Assembly: GCF_036321535.1 (NCBI RefSeq)
Contig: NC_087437.1
Span: 5,518,001-5,582,000 of the forward strand
Source of the DNA: Camelus dromedarius
Taxonomy: Eukaryota
Length of the DNA stretch: 64,000 nt
Direction: 5' to 3'
Shown: piece by piece, positions 48,543-61,045 of the stretch
Numbering within the stretch: the first letter of the stretch is position 1
Layout of the letters: each line of letters starts with the position of its first letter
Made by a program: the position numbers and the translations under genes
The notes under the pieces: model-generated
Told to the model about the DNA's origin: nothing
The model's database searches: none
What the model saw: the letters and a program-made list of their open reading frames with translations, nothing else

Positions 48543-48768
48543 CAGAATTTCTCAATCTTAGTCCTGTTGATGTTTGGGTGAGATAATTCTTCATTGTGGG
48601 GCATTTTCCTTCCATAGTAGGATGTTTAGCATCATCCCTGGCCTCTACCTATTGGATGCCAGCATCCTGTCTCCAAATTGTGACAACCCAAAATGTCTCC
48701 AGATATTGTCAAATATCAGGATATCAGGCACGTGGGGTGAGGGGGGGCAGACCCTGATAAAGAGCTGC
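48543..48768 (-). mobile_element. MER20
   Basis: 'taggatgtttagcatcatccctggcctctacc...gatgccag...tgtgacaacccaaaatgtctccagatattg'. Confidence 0.85.
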
Positions 48769-49554
48769 TGCTTCGTGTCCACCTCCCCTTCCCAACAACC
48801 TGCTGAAGACTTTGGGTTCTAACACCAGGCACGGAGCCTCACAGAGACTGAGAACCAAATCCTCCAGCTGCGAAAGGCCCAGCCCCTAACTAAATCCCTT
48901 CTTGTGCTCCTATGCTCGTCTGGTCACATCCTGGCTGGCTGATCAGCGGTTGAAGCTTCTCCCGAATCTCTTGGACCACTTCACACCTTTTTCTCACCCC
49001 TTTATACCAACAGCCTCCCACACCAACCCCATCCCTCTCCCCCTCCCCCAGAAAACACTGCCTTGAAAGGCAGACAGTCAGATTCCTAACAGGTGATCCC
49101 ACCCAGAATCTAGATGGAGCCCTGCTGTGGGAAATGCAAACTCTGACCTTGGCGCTGGCTGGCGGGGCCTCCGAGGGGCTGGCTGAGCGGAGGCAGAGCT
49201 GCGGAGAGGCTTGGTGGGTTTCAGAACCACTGGGGACTTTACCGCTTTGCTGGGACGCTAAGCCTTGAGGGAGTAGTTACAGGCTTTGCTTTTAAAGCCT
49301 TCCAACATATTCTGATGACATATTTTTTCAAAATGATTTTTGTGTAGAAGAATATTGTGTTTCTGAACCCATGAGCATAATTTGCTGTTCACCTAGTGTC
49401 TAGCTCCAGAAAACCTGGAACATAGTGTTTTAGATAGCCAAACAGAAGTTATCAACAGCTAGGATCAGAGCCTTTATTTTCTGGCAGAAGGGTAAGAAAT
49501 TCTCCTTGAAAAATTGGTGAGAGTAAGATTGGGCTATGATAAAATTGTCTCTTC

Positions 49555-50235
49555 ATTTTTAAATAAGTGTTATGAACCTGGCACTGTGTCTGATGTTGGG
49601 TGTCTGGTGGTCAGACAGACAGACAAGATCTCTGCCCTCATGGAGCTTAACATGGAGTAGTAGAAACATACACAGCAAAGCAGTCACATAGTCAAGTCTA
49701 TAAGGAATCAGTATAGGGTCCTGGGAGGGGCCAAACACAGATGGGGCAGTTGGTGAGGGTGGCTTTCCTGAGGGGGTGATGGCTCTGGTGAGAAGGAGAT
49801 GGAAGAGGGTTCCCAGCGGGTATAGGAAAGAACCTGGCCCATTCACAAAACCGTGGAGTGACTGGAGCAGGTGGACAGGAGTAGGGAGGAGAGGATGAGG
49901 CTGCAGAGGAGGGCAGGGATTGGATTACCCCAGGGCTGGTAGGGCAACTAAGGAGCTCAGCCTTTGCTCCTAGGGCAGAATCACAGAAAGGCTTGAAGTT
50001 AAGAAACGGCACTTATAATTTTGAAAGCTCCCTCTGTCAGCCACACAGAGAGTGAATTAGAAGGACGCAAGCATGGGAAGGGGCTGCTCTGACGACTCCG
50101 AGGAGCCTAGAGGAGACATGACAGAGGCCTGGATGGGAATGGAGGCAGTGGAGGTGGTACAGGGGGAAGTAGGGTGGACACAGCTTAGCTTTGCCTTCAA
50201 GGTGAGAGACGCGTGACAGGGAGCTTGCGCCCCAG
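49555..50235 (-). mobile_element. L2 LINE 3' fragment
   Basis: 'ctggcactgtg...cagacagacaagatctctgccctcatggagctt...ggaggcagtggagg...ttcaaggtgag'. Confidence 0.7.
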
Positions 50236-50544
50236 GGGTGGTGGGACACAAAGGGTGTGGGCTGTTCACGTCTTTGTTGCCTTCGCGGGACGTCTGCACC
50301 ATGAGAACTGGACAAATCAGCACTCACTCATCCAAACTCAGTCCTGAACCAGTCACTTTACAAAAGGGCACTTTACAATATGGATATAATGTCAGGACTA
50401 ACCATGGAGCCATTTGTTCTTTTCCTTTGTTGATTTGTTTTTTTGGTTGGTTCTATTCAAATGAGCATTTAAAAAAAGTCTGGTTTAGGCTATATCTGTC
50501 AGTTGGAGTTTTTCAGCCCTAATCCAAAGATGTGGGGCAGTGTC

Positions 50545-50650
50545 GGGGGTGCATAGCTCAGTAGGAGAGCACATGCTTGGCATGCATGAGGTCCTGGGTT
50601 CAATCCCCAGTGCCTCTGTTAAGAAGGAAAAAAGAGAAAGAAAGAAAACA
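50545..50650 (+). mobile_element. tRNA-Ala-derived camelid SINE (vic-1 type)
   Basis: 'gggggtgcatagctcagtaggagagcacatgcttggcatgcatgaggtcctgggttcaatccccag' followed by an A-rich tail. Confidence 0.85.
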
Positions 50651-51769
50651 AAGGTGGGCTTCAGTAAAAGTCAGTTTTTAAAGGCGGACTCCTGAAAGCG
50701 AGCTTCAGCTAAGGCTGGCTCCAGGTGACACGGTGAAGCAGCACTTGCCACATTTGGGACTTTTCTTTGTGGCGGGCCTCTGTGATGTTCTTGCTCCCAC
50801 GGGTGCCCACTTCCCTTATCAGCCCCTGTTATCCCAAAGAATGAAAGAAGAGCATCCAGAAGAACACTGCAATTGAAAAAGTCAGAGCCCCTGCTGGGCC
50901 TACCAGCTGCCCGGCAGAAAGTGAAAGACAGAGGCCTTGCCAAGTGCGCCACAGAAGCGCTGCGACACCTGAGCAAGGTGACCCTGCACGCACGATCGTT
51001 TTGTGCCATTTTTGTAAAGTGATTCAACAGCAAATAGTTTGCACCACAGTTTCCTCGGTGGTGCCAGGGTTGGGCCCATCTGTGAAAAGTTCCTGCTATA
51101 TGTACTGGTGGGAAAAAATGAAGTATCACCAGAGAATAATAAAGAGGCAGGGACAGGGAGGCAGAGTCTGAGACATGACATCTCTCGCCATCCCCTGAGC
51201 TGGAGTAAGGAGCAAAGAACCCAAATTCGACACTAGCTTTCCCACACTTTAATCACAGGTCACCTGCACGAGAATTAAACCTAGGTGCTTCTTTAAAATG
51301 TCATTGTGTTCATTGGGTCCTCCGGGAAGCAGACCCTGAGATGGCATTAGGAACACAGGAGCTTTACTGGGCAGTGGTATTGGGTGCAGGCGGTTCCACA
51401 GCACAGTGCTCATCTGATACCTGCGGAAGAATGGAACGAGGGCAGGAGACAGGACCAGACAGACAGTGCCCGGAGCGTGATGCAGATCTGACGGAGTCTC
51501 CACCAACCCACTGGGGAGTTTCAGAGAAAACACTGCCCATTAGAGTCGCACCATGGGCAGGAATGGCTGCGCCCTAGTACCCGCACTGTACTTCCCTGAT
51601 GGCGGGGGAAGAATGTGGCTCTGGCTCAGAAACTAAGGGGGACCCTACGGCTGCTAAACCACTGGAAGCCATTAGTTGACCATGCTCCTCACAGCTGGGA
51701 GGCAAGTTCTTTCTTGGAGGGAGACCGAGCAACTCTCCTCTGTGGCTACCAGAGACGGGCTCCTCTGCC

Positions 51770-51875
51770 CACCCCAGACCTCCTGCACTGGAATCTCTGA
51801 AGGTGGGGCCATGAAACCTGCACTTTGACCAGCTTGCCAGGTGATTCTGATGCACCCTGAGGTTTGAGAGCCACA
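51770..51875. mobile_element. MER5A fragment
   Basis: 'cccagacc...gaatctctgaaggtggggcc...ctgcactttgaccagcttgccaggtgattctgatgcac...gtttgagagccac'. Confidence 0.75.
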
Positions 51876-53408
51876 GTAAATCTGCACAAAATCAGTCACA
51901 CGTGGTGTCCCTCGATGTCACGGTTCACTCCAAGGTTCACCAAGGCCTGTATCCATTTGGAATGCTTTTGGTGAAAAACAGCAGAGCACCTGACAAGCAG
52001 AGGCTTAAGCAAAAAAGACATTTAAGTCTTTCACGAAACAGAAAGTCTGAAAGTAGGTAGTTCCAGGATCTGGTCCAAAGGCTCAGTAGTATCATCAAAT
52101 GCTCAGCCTGTTTGTGTCATTCTGCTCCACCATCCTCATGGTGAAGGCTCTCTTTCTTAAGTCTGTGAACTCATGGTCACAATCTGGCTGCTATAGCTCC
52201 AAACATTATATCCCCAAACATCTGGAGATTCAAAGCAGGAAAGAAAAGGATGAGTGGAGAGTCCTTCCCAGATGTGCTCTAACTGACATGCTCATGTTTG
52301 GTAGGAGCACGTGGCTGCCTGTAAGTGCAAAGTGACTACAAAAAATGAGTTTCTAAAATCACCACAACTGGCTTAGACCCACTGTAATTCACCTCCTGGA
52401 GGTAGGGACACTCACCACAAACAAAACCAGAGTTGTATTAGCATAAAACAGATACAGAGAGGAGAGAGGAGAATGGCTCTTGTAGGCAACGAACAATATT
52501 TACTATATTTCCTTTACAATTTTTTTTAATTAGAGTGATGCGTATAGGTGTATGATGGGTTAAAATTCCCTGAATTTTTTAACAGTCCAGCTTCTGACTG
52601 AGAACCATCTTCTTGTAAAAGACCCACGCATTCATTCATATCCAACTAATATTTTTTGAACACCTATGATATACCAAGCCTTGGGCGCATAGGAACAAAC
52701 AAATCAGACAAAATCCTGCCCTCGTGGTGCTTAGATTCCAGGGAATGCAGTCTACAAAGTCATTACACTTTATAGTCTTTTTGAAGCTATAAATCCCACG
52801 AAAAAAATCAGGCAGGGAAGCAGAATGGGAAGGGATGAGGCATGTGATTTTGAGGTGAGAGACTAGGAAGATTTTCTCAGGGAGATTACTTTAACCAGGG
52901 AGTGAGTCACGCAGTTACACGAGGTGGAGGGGAAGGGAGGAGGGGCATCCTGGAAGCGGGCAGAAAGAGCACATCCAGAGCCGGAGGTGGTGGAGGCCTG
53001 GAGAGTCAAGTAAACCCCAAGGAGGGCAGGGTGGTGGACGGGGAGGGCAAGCGGAGGAGAGTGGGAGGCGAGTGGGAGCCAGGACTGAGGGCTGCATATG
53101 CCCTTTAAGGACCCTGGCTTTTATTCTGAGTAAAATGAAGAACCACAGACATAATTTGACTGAACGTTTACAGGGGTCGCTCTGGCTGCTGAGTTGTACT
53201 AGACCACAGGGCAGGGCCGGGGTGGAAGTAGGCAGAACGGTTAGGAGGTTATTATAATAACTGACGCCAGACAGTGGTGGCTTGGACCAGGCTGGCAGCT
53301 GTGGAACTGGTGAGAAGTCGACGGAGTGCTGGATACTTTGAAGGTCAAGTCAAGGATTTGATGTAAATGGGATATAGAAAAGAAAAAGAGGACTCAAGAA
53401 TGGCTGCA

Positions 53409-53748
53409 GGAGAAAGACCAAGGAAAATACCATAAGATATCAGTTATATGTAGAATCTGAAAAAATGATACAAATGAACTTATTTACAAAACAGAAACAG
53501 ACTCACAGACATTGAAAAAAACTTATGGTTATGGAGAACAAGGGTGGGGAGGGATAAATTGGGAGTTGGGGAGTTGCAGATACTAACTACTACATACAAA
53601 ATAAACAACAAGGTCCTACTATATAACACAGGGAACTATATTCAATAGCTTGTAATAACTTATAATGAAAAAGAATGTGAAAAAGTTATATATATAACTG
53701 AATCACTATGCTATACACCAGAAACTAACAACATTGTAAATCAACTAT
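53409..53748 (+). mobile_element. L1 3' end (outer); its terminus resumes at 57823-57846
   Basis: L1 3'UTR up to ...acattgtaaatcaactat, continuing as caactatatttcaatttaaaaaa after the nested L1. Confidence 0.85.
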
Positions 53749-56700
53749 CCTTTTTTTTTTTTAATTGAAGTACACTCAATTACAATGTGTCAATCTCTGG
53801 TGTACAGCATAATGTCCCAGTCATGCATATACATACATATATACGTTTTTATATTTTTTTTCCATTGAAGGTTATTACAAGATATTGAACATAGTTCCCT
53901 GTGTTATACAAAAGAAACTTTTAAAAAATCTGTTTTTATATATAGTGGCTAACATTTGTAGATCTCAAACTCCCAAATTTATCCCCTCCCACCCTCTTTC
54001 CCCAATAAGATCGTATACTATGTCTGCGAGTCTGTTTCTGTTTTGTAGATGAGTTCATAGTGTCCTTTTTAAAAATTTTAGATTCCACATATAAGTGATA
54101 TCATATGGTATTTTTCTTTCATTTCTGGCTTACTTCAGTTACAATGATGACCTCTAGGTCCATCCATGCTGCTGCCAATGGCATTATTTTATTCTTTTTT
54201 ATGGCTGAATAATATTCCATTATGTAGATACACCACAACTTCTTTATCCAGTCATCTGTCAATGGACATTTAGGTTGCTTCATTGTCTTGGCTGTTGTAT
54301 ATAGTGCTGCTATGAACATTGGGTTGCATGTATCTTTTCACATTAGAGTTCCCTCTGGATATATACCCAGAATTGGAATTGCTGGATCATATGGTAAGTT
54401 TGATCCATTTTTAGTTTTTTGAGGAATCTCCATACTGTTTTCCATAATGGCTACACCAAACTATATTCCCACCAGCAGTGTAGGAGAGTTCCTTTTTTTC
54501 CACACCATCTCCAGTATTAATCGTTTGTGGACTTTTGAATCATGGCCATTCTGACTGGTGTGAGGTGATATCTCACTGTAGTTTTGATTTGCATTTCTCT
54601 GATAATTAGAGCATTTTTTCATATGTCTACCGGCCATTTGTATGTTCATTGGAGAAATGCTTGTTTAGGTCTTCTGCCCGTTTCTGGATTGGGTTGGGTT
54701 TTTTTTGTTTGTTTGTTATTAAGTTTTATGAGCTGTTTATATATTCTGGAAATTAAGCCTTTGTCAATTGCATCATTTGCAAATATTTTCTCCCATTCCG
54801 TAGATTGTCATTTTGTGTTGCTTATAGTTTCCTTTGCTGTGCAAAAGCTTATGAGTTTAATTAGGTCTCATTTGTTTACTTTAACTCTTATTTCCATTGC
54901 CTGGGTAGAGTGCCCTAGGAGAACGTTGCTAAGATTTATGTCAGAGAATGTTTTGCCTATGTTTTCTTCTAGGAGATTTATCATATCTTATCTTGTATTT
55001 AAGTTTTTAAGCCATTTTGACTTTATTTCTGTGTATTGAGTGAGGGAGTGTTCTAACTTCATTGATTTACATGCTGCTGTCCAGTTTTCCCAACACCGCT
55101 TGCTGAAGAGACTGTCTTTTCTCCATTGTATATTCTTGCCTCCTTTGTTGAAGATTAATTGACCATAGGTCCGTGGATTTATTTATCTCTCTATTCTGTT
55201 CCATTGATCCATATGGCTGTTTTTATGCCAATACCATGCTGTTTTAATTACTGTAGCTCTGTAATACTGTCTGAAGTCTGGGAGGGTTATTCCTCCAGCT
55301 TTGTTCTCTTTCTTCAGTATTGCTTTGGCAGTTCTGGGTCTTTTGTGATTCCGTATAAATCTTAGGATCATTTGTTCCAGTTCTGTAAAAAATGTCCTTG
55401 GTAATTTGATATGGATTGCGTTAAATCTGTAGATTGCCTTGGGCAGTATGGCCATTTTAACAATATTTATTCTTCCAATCCAGAAGCATGGGATCTATTT
55501 CCATTTCTTTAAGTCTTCTTTAATTTCTTTAATCAATGTTTTGTAGTTCTCTATGTATGTCTTTCACTTACTTGGTCAGATTAATTCCTAAGTATTTTAT
55601 TGTTTTGGGTGCAACTTTAAAGGGGATTGTTTCTTTACTTTCTTTTTCTGTTGATTCATTGTTAGTGTCAAGAAATGCAACTAATTTTTGTATGTTAATC
55701 TTGCATCATGCTACCTTGCTGAATCCTTTTATTAGCTCTTATAGTTTTTGTGTGGCGCTTTTAGGGTTTTCTATATATAGTATCATGTCATCTGCATATT
55801 GTGACAATTTTACCTTTTCTTTTCCAATTTGGATCCCTTTTATTTCTTTTTCTTGCCTGATTGCTTTGGCTAGGACTTCCAATATTATGTTGAATAGAAA
55901 TGGTGAGAGTGAGCAACCTTGTCTTGTCTTTTATTATGTGGAGATATGTTCCCTCTATACCCACTTTGATAAGGTTTTTATTATAAATGGGTGTTGAATT
56001 TTATCAAATGCTTTTTCTGCATCTGTTGAGATGATCATGTAATTTTTGTCCTTTCTTCTGTGGATGTCATGTATTACATTGATTAATTTGTGTATGTTGA
56101 ACCATCCTTGTGTTCCTGGGATGAATCCAACTTGATCATGGTGTATGATCTTTTTTATGTGTTGTTGGATTCTGTTTGCTAATATTTTGTTGAGAATTTT
56201 TGCATCTATGTTCATCAGTGATACTGGCCTGTAATTTTCTTCTTTGGTAGCGTCTGTGTTGGGTTTCGGTATCAAGGTGGTAGTGACTTCATAGAATGAG
56301 TTTGGGAGTATTCCCTCCTTTTCAATCTTTTGGAAGAGTTTGAGAAAGACAGGTATGAGTTCTTCTTTGTATAATTGGTAGAATTCCCCAGTGAAGCCAT
56401 CTGGTCCTAGACTTATGTTTGCAGGGACGTTTTTTATTGCTAATTCTATTTCATTTCTAGTGATTTGTCTGTTCAAGTGGTCGATTTCTTCTTGATTCAA
56501 TCTTGGTGGACTGTATGTTTCCAGAAACTTGTCCATTTCTTCTAGGTTATCTAGTTTGTATCCATATAGTTGTTCATAGTATTCTCTTATGATGTTTTGT
56601 ATTTCTGTGGTATTGGCTGTAATTTCTCCATTTTCCTTGGTTATTTTGTTTATTTGTGTTCTCTCTCTTTTCTTCTTGGTGAGCCTGGCAAGAGGTTTGT

Positions 56701-57822
56701 CAATTTTGTTTACTCTTTCAAAACACCAGCTGTTGGTTTGATTGATTTTTTCTATTGTTTTTTTATCTCTATTTTATTTATTTCCTCCCTGATCTTTATT
56801 ATTGCCTTCCTTCTGCTGACTTTAGGTTTTGTCTGTTCTTTTTTTTTTCTAATTCTTTTAGGTGGTAGGTTAGATTATTTGAGATTGTTCTTGTTTTTTG
56901 AGGAAGGCCTGTATTGGTTATGAACTTCCCTCTTGGGGACTGCTTTTGCTGCATCCTAGATTTAATGTGGTTGTGTTTTCATTGGTGTTTGTCTCAAAGT
57001 ATTTTTTAATTTCTTCTTTGATTTCATCTTTGACCCATTGGGTTTTTTTAGTAGCATGTTGTTTAATCTCTGTGCTGTCATTTTTTTTCTCCTTTGTTTT
57101 TCTGTGGTTGATTTCTAGTTTCATGGCACTGTGGTCAGAAAAGATGCTTGAAATAATTTCTATCCTCTTAAATTTGTTGAGGCTTCTTTTGTGCTTGAGT
57201 ACCTGATCTATCCTAGAAAATGTTCCATGTGCACTTGAAAAGAATGTGTATTTTTCAAGGATGTAATATTCTGAAAATATCAACCAACTCCAATTGTTCT
57301 ATTGTGTCATTTAGTTTCTCTGTTGCCTTATTAATTTTCTGTCTGGAAGATCTGTCCAATGATGTTAATGGGGTGTTAAAGTCTCCTACTATGATTGTGT
57401 TCCCATCAATTTCTCCCTTTATTTCTGTTAGTATTTACTTTATGTATTTAGGTGCTTCATTATTGGGTGCATATGTTAATGAGTATAATATTCTCATCTT
57501 GTATTGCTCCTTTAATCATTATATAATGTCCTTCTTTAGCTTTCTTTATGGCCTTTGCTTTAAAGTCTATTTTATCTGAAATCAGAATTGCTGTTCCTTT
57601 CTTGTCATTTCCGTTTGCATGAAATATCTTTTTCCATCCTCTCACTTTCAATCTATATGTGTCCTTCTCCCTAAAGTGAGCCTCTTGTATGCAGAATATT
57701 GTAGGTTCTTGTTTTATTATCCAGTCTGCCACTCCATATCTTTTATTGGAGCATTTAGTCCATTGACATTTATGGTAATTATTGATAGATGTGTGTTTAT
57801 TGCCATTTTGAAGTTAGTTTTC
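53749..57822 (-). mobile_element. Nested L1, ~4.1 kb, containing the whole but disrupted ORF2 (EN+RT) from its ATG at 57804-57806
   Basis: ORF-track fragments of EN (CIQEAH, YTFFSSAHGTFSRID, SDH) and RT ([26 protein letters not shown]), poly-T tail, short TSD CAACTAT. Confidence 0.93.
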
Positions 57823-59011
57823 CAACTATATTTCAATTTAAAAAAGTGGAATACCTTAAGTTTTGTAGGTTTTTTGCTCTTTATATTTTTTTGTTAAATA
57901 TGAACATTTATTGTAGAGTAATACGTGCCTACCAAAAAAAAGTTGCAAGATTTTTAGCCTAAGCAACAAGATGGACCTGCCAGAAACTGAAATGTGGAAG
58001 ACTGTGAGTAGATCAGGTTCTGAGGAGAAGATCATTAGCCAGTTTTGAACATGGTGGGCTTTGAGATGTCTATCAGATGTTTAGGTGCCTGTGTCAAGAA
58101 GTGGCTGTCTCTGAGTGTGGGGGTCACTCGGAGGGTTAAGATTTGGAGATACACATTTGAGCATCATCACTATATAGATATTTTTAAAGCCATGAAAGAG
58201 GGTGAGCTCATTAAGAAGGGAGTGTAGATAGATAGAAAAGTCATGAGGATCAAGAACTGGTCTGGTGCTTCAGCCCAGGAGGAACTAGCAAAGGGGACTG
58301 AAAAGTGACCAGCAAAGTAGGTGGAAAACCAGGAGAGTTCTGAAAGTCAAGTGAGGAAAATGTTTCAAGGACAATGGGACAGTCAGTATGCAAAGTAAGA
58401 TTTGGGCTGAAAATAGACCCTTGGATTTCCCAGCATGGTGATCTTTTGGTGACCTCCACAAGGACAGTTTGGAATAGGGGGTGGGGTCAAAAGTCTGACT
58501 GCAGAAGGTTGAAAGAGAATTGAAAGAGAGGACTAGGACACAGCAAATACAGGTAACTTTCTTCAGGAGTGTTGCTCTAAAGGGTAACAGAGAAATGGGA
58601 TGATAGCTGGAAGGATCAGTGGGGGTCAAGAGTTTGTTGTTTGTTTTTAGGATAAGAGACACAACACATGCTTTTGTTTTAATGGGAATGATGAGGTCAA
58701 GGGGCTTGAATTTAGACACAAGACGAGATGCTGGCCTGGTTAGATTTCAGGGAGTATCGGGGGGGAAGCCAGAGGAAATGAGAACCTGTGCTTGTGCATT
58801 GGTAGATATGATGGAGGGACTTGCAGAAGGTCTCTTGGTTGCTTCTGTTTTTCAGTGTAAAGGTCATTGGCTAAAAGTATGAATGGGGTGGGGTCATATT
58901 TGAAGGACAAAATGGAGTGAAATTGTCATGGAGGAGAATGAACAGACCAGGGAGATGTAGTACAATTGGTGGGCAGTTTTATGGTCCTACTGGTAGTGTA
59001 CTTTCTCTAGT

Positions 59012-60382
59012 CTTTTTTCTTCTTTTCCATTATGGTTTATTACAGGATATTGAATATAGTTCCTTGTGCTATACAGTAAGACCTTGTTGTTTATCAGTTT
59101 TTTATATAGTAGTGTGTATATATTAATCCCAAACTCCGAATTTGTCCCTCTCCCCCATTTTCCCCTTTGGTACCTGTAAATTTGTTTCCTGTGTCTGTGA
59201 GTCTGTTTCTGTTTTGTAAATAAGTTCACTTACATCATTTTTTTAGATTCCACATATAAGTGACATCATATATTTGTCTTTCTCTGTCTGCCTTACCTCA
59301 CTTAATATGATAATCTCTGGGTCCATCCATGTTGCTGCAAATAGCATTATTTCATTCTTTTTAATGGCTGAGTAGTATTCCATTATGTATATATACACCA
59401 CATCTTCTTTATCCATTCATCTGTCAATGGACATTTAGGTTGCTTCTATGTATTGGCTATTGCAAATAGTGCTGTTATGAACATTGGAGTGCATATATCT
59501 TTCCAAATTAGAGTTTCCTCTGGATATATGCCCAGGAGTGGGATTGCTGGATTATATGGCATATTTTGAGGTTTTTGAAGAACATCCATACTGTTTTCCA
59601 TAGTGGTTGTACCTATTTACATTCCTACCAACAGTGTAGGAGATTCCCTTTTCTCTGCACCCTCTTCAGCATTTATTATTTGTAGACTTTTTAATGATAG
59701 CCATTCTGACCTGTTTAAGGTGATACCTCATTGTAGTTTTGATTTACTTTTCTCTAATATTTATGTTAAGCATCTTTTCATGTGCCTATTGGCCATTTGT
59801 ATATATTCTTTCAAAAAATATCTAATCAGGTTTTCTACCCATGTTTTGATTGGGTTGTTTGTTTTTTTGTTTCTTAAGTCATATGAGCTGTTTGTATATT
59901 TTGGAAATTAAGCCCTTGTTGGTTGCATCGTTTGCAAATATTTTTTCCCCAGTCCATAGGTTGTCTTTTTGTTTTGTTTATGGTTTCCTTTGCTGTGCAA
60001 ACGCTTATAAGTTTAATTAGGTCCGATTTGTTAATTTTTGCTTTTATTTCGATTGCCTTGGGAGACTGACCTAGGAGAACATTGCTACAAGGTATGTCAG
60101 AGAATATTTTGCTTATGTTTTCTAGGAGATTTACGGTGTCCTGTCTTATGTTTAAGTCTTTAAGCTATTTTGAGTTTATTTCTGTGTATGGTGTGAGGGA
60201 GTGTTCTAACTGCACTGATTTACGTGTGGCTACCCAGCTTCCGCAACACCACTTGCTGAAGAAACTGTCTTTTCTCCATTGTATATGCTTGCCTCCTTTG
60301 TCGAACAGTAGTTGACAGTAGGTGTATGGGTTTATTTCTGGACTCTATTCTGTTCCCATTGATCCATATGTCTGTTCCTGTG
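59012..60382 (-). mobile_element. L1 fragment, ~1.4 kb, truncated at both ends
   Basis: L1 3'UTR and ORF2 C-terminus inserted in the L2. Flanks tctagtcttttt / tctggccttttt. Confidence 0.9.
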
Positions 60383-60657
60383 TCTGGCCTTTTTTTTTTT
60401 TTTTTTAGCTGCATGGATGCAGGTGCAGATCAGGCAGAGAATTGGATTAAAGCCAATTCTTTGAGGTTTTGCCAGGTAAGAACGATGAAGCAGGAGAAGA
60501 GGACAAGGGTATGAAAGATTTTAGTACCTGACCATGTAATTCTGGCTGGGAAAAGACAGAAGTAATGACATGAGGCAAGGTGACAGAAAGTTCTAAGTTG
60601 TAGGGGCAGTGGATTTTGGTTCCCAGAGGGTAGAAGGATCCCTGAGGTTGGGATACG

Positions 60658-61045
60658 TGATGGGAAGAATAATGCCCCCATCCCTCCAGCCTGAGATGCC
60701 CACATCCTAATCCCTGGAACCTGTGAATGTGTCCGGTTACCTGGCAAAGGGAATGAGGTTGCAGATGGAATTAAGGTTGCTAATCAGAGGATCTTAAAAC
60801 AGGAAGATTATCTGCGTGGGCCCAGGGTAACCACGGGGTCCTTAAAAATGGAAGAAGGTCAAGGTGACATGATTTAAGAAGGACTCAACCTACTTTTGCT
60901 GGCTTTGAAGATGGCAGAAGGGAGACTGGAGCTGAGGAATGCAGGTGGCTTCTAGAAGCTGGAAAAGGCAAGGAGATGGACCCCACCCAGAGCCCACAGA
61001 AAGGGACACAGTCCTGCAGTGTCTTGATTTCAGTTGGGGAGACCC
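60658..61045 (+). mobile_element. MLT1D-type MaLR LTR (3'-truncated)
   Basis: 'cagaataat'-like start, 'cacatcctaatccctggaacctgtgaatgtg...gcagatggaattaaggttgctaatcag...ggctttgaagatgg...ctagaagctggaaaaggcaagga'. Confidence 0.85.

Larger units (their letters stand above)
52628..60655 (-). mobile_element. Long L2 remnant interrupted by L1 insertions (L2 pieces ~52628-53408, ~57940-59010, ~60405-60655)
   Basis: L2 3' terminus 'attcattcatatccaactaatattttttgaacacct' at ~52630. L2 sequence resumes in register after each L1. Confidence 0.7.

Noticed and set aside
41872..57732. Reverse transcriptase and endonuclease ORFs
   Set aside because: Frameshifted fragments of dead L1 ORF2; not a host gene or a novel RT system.
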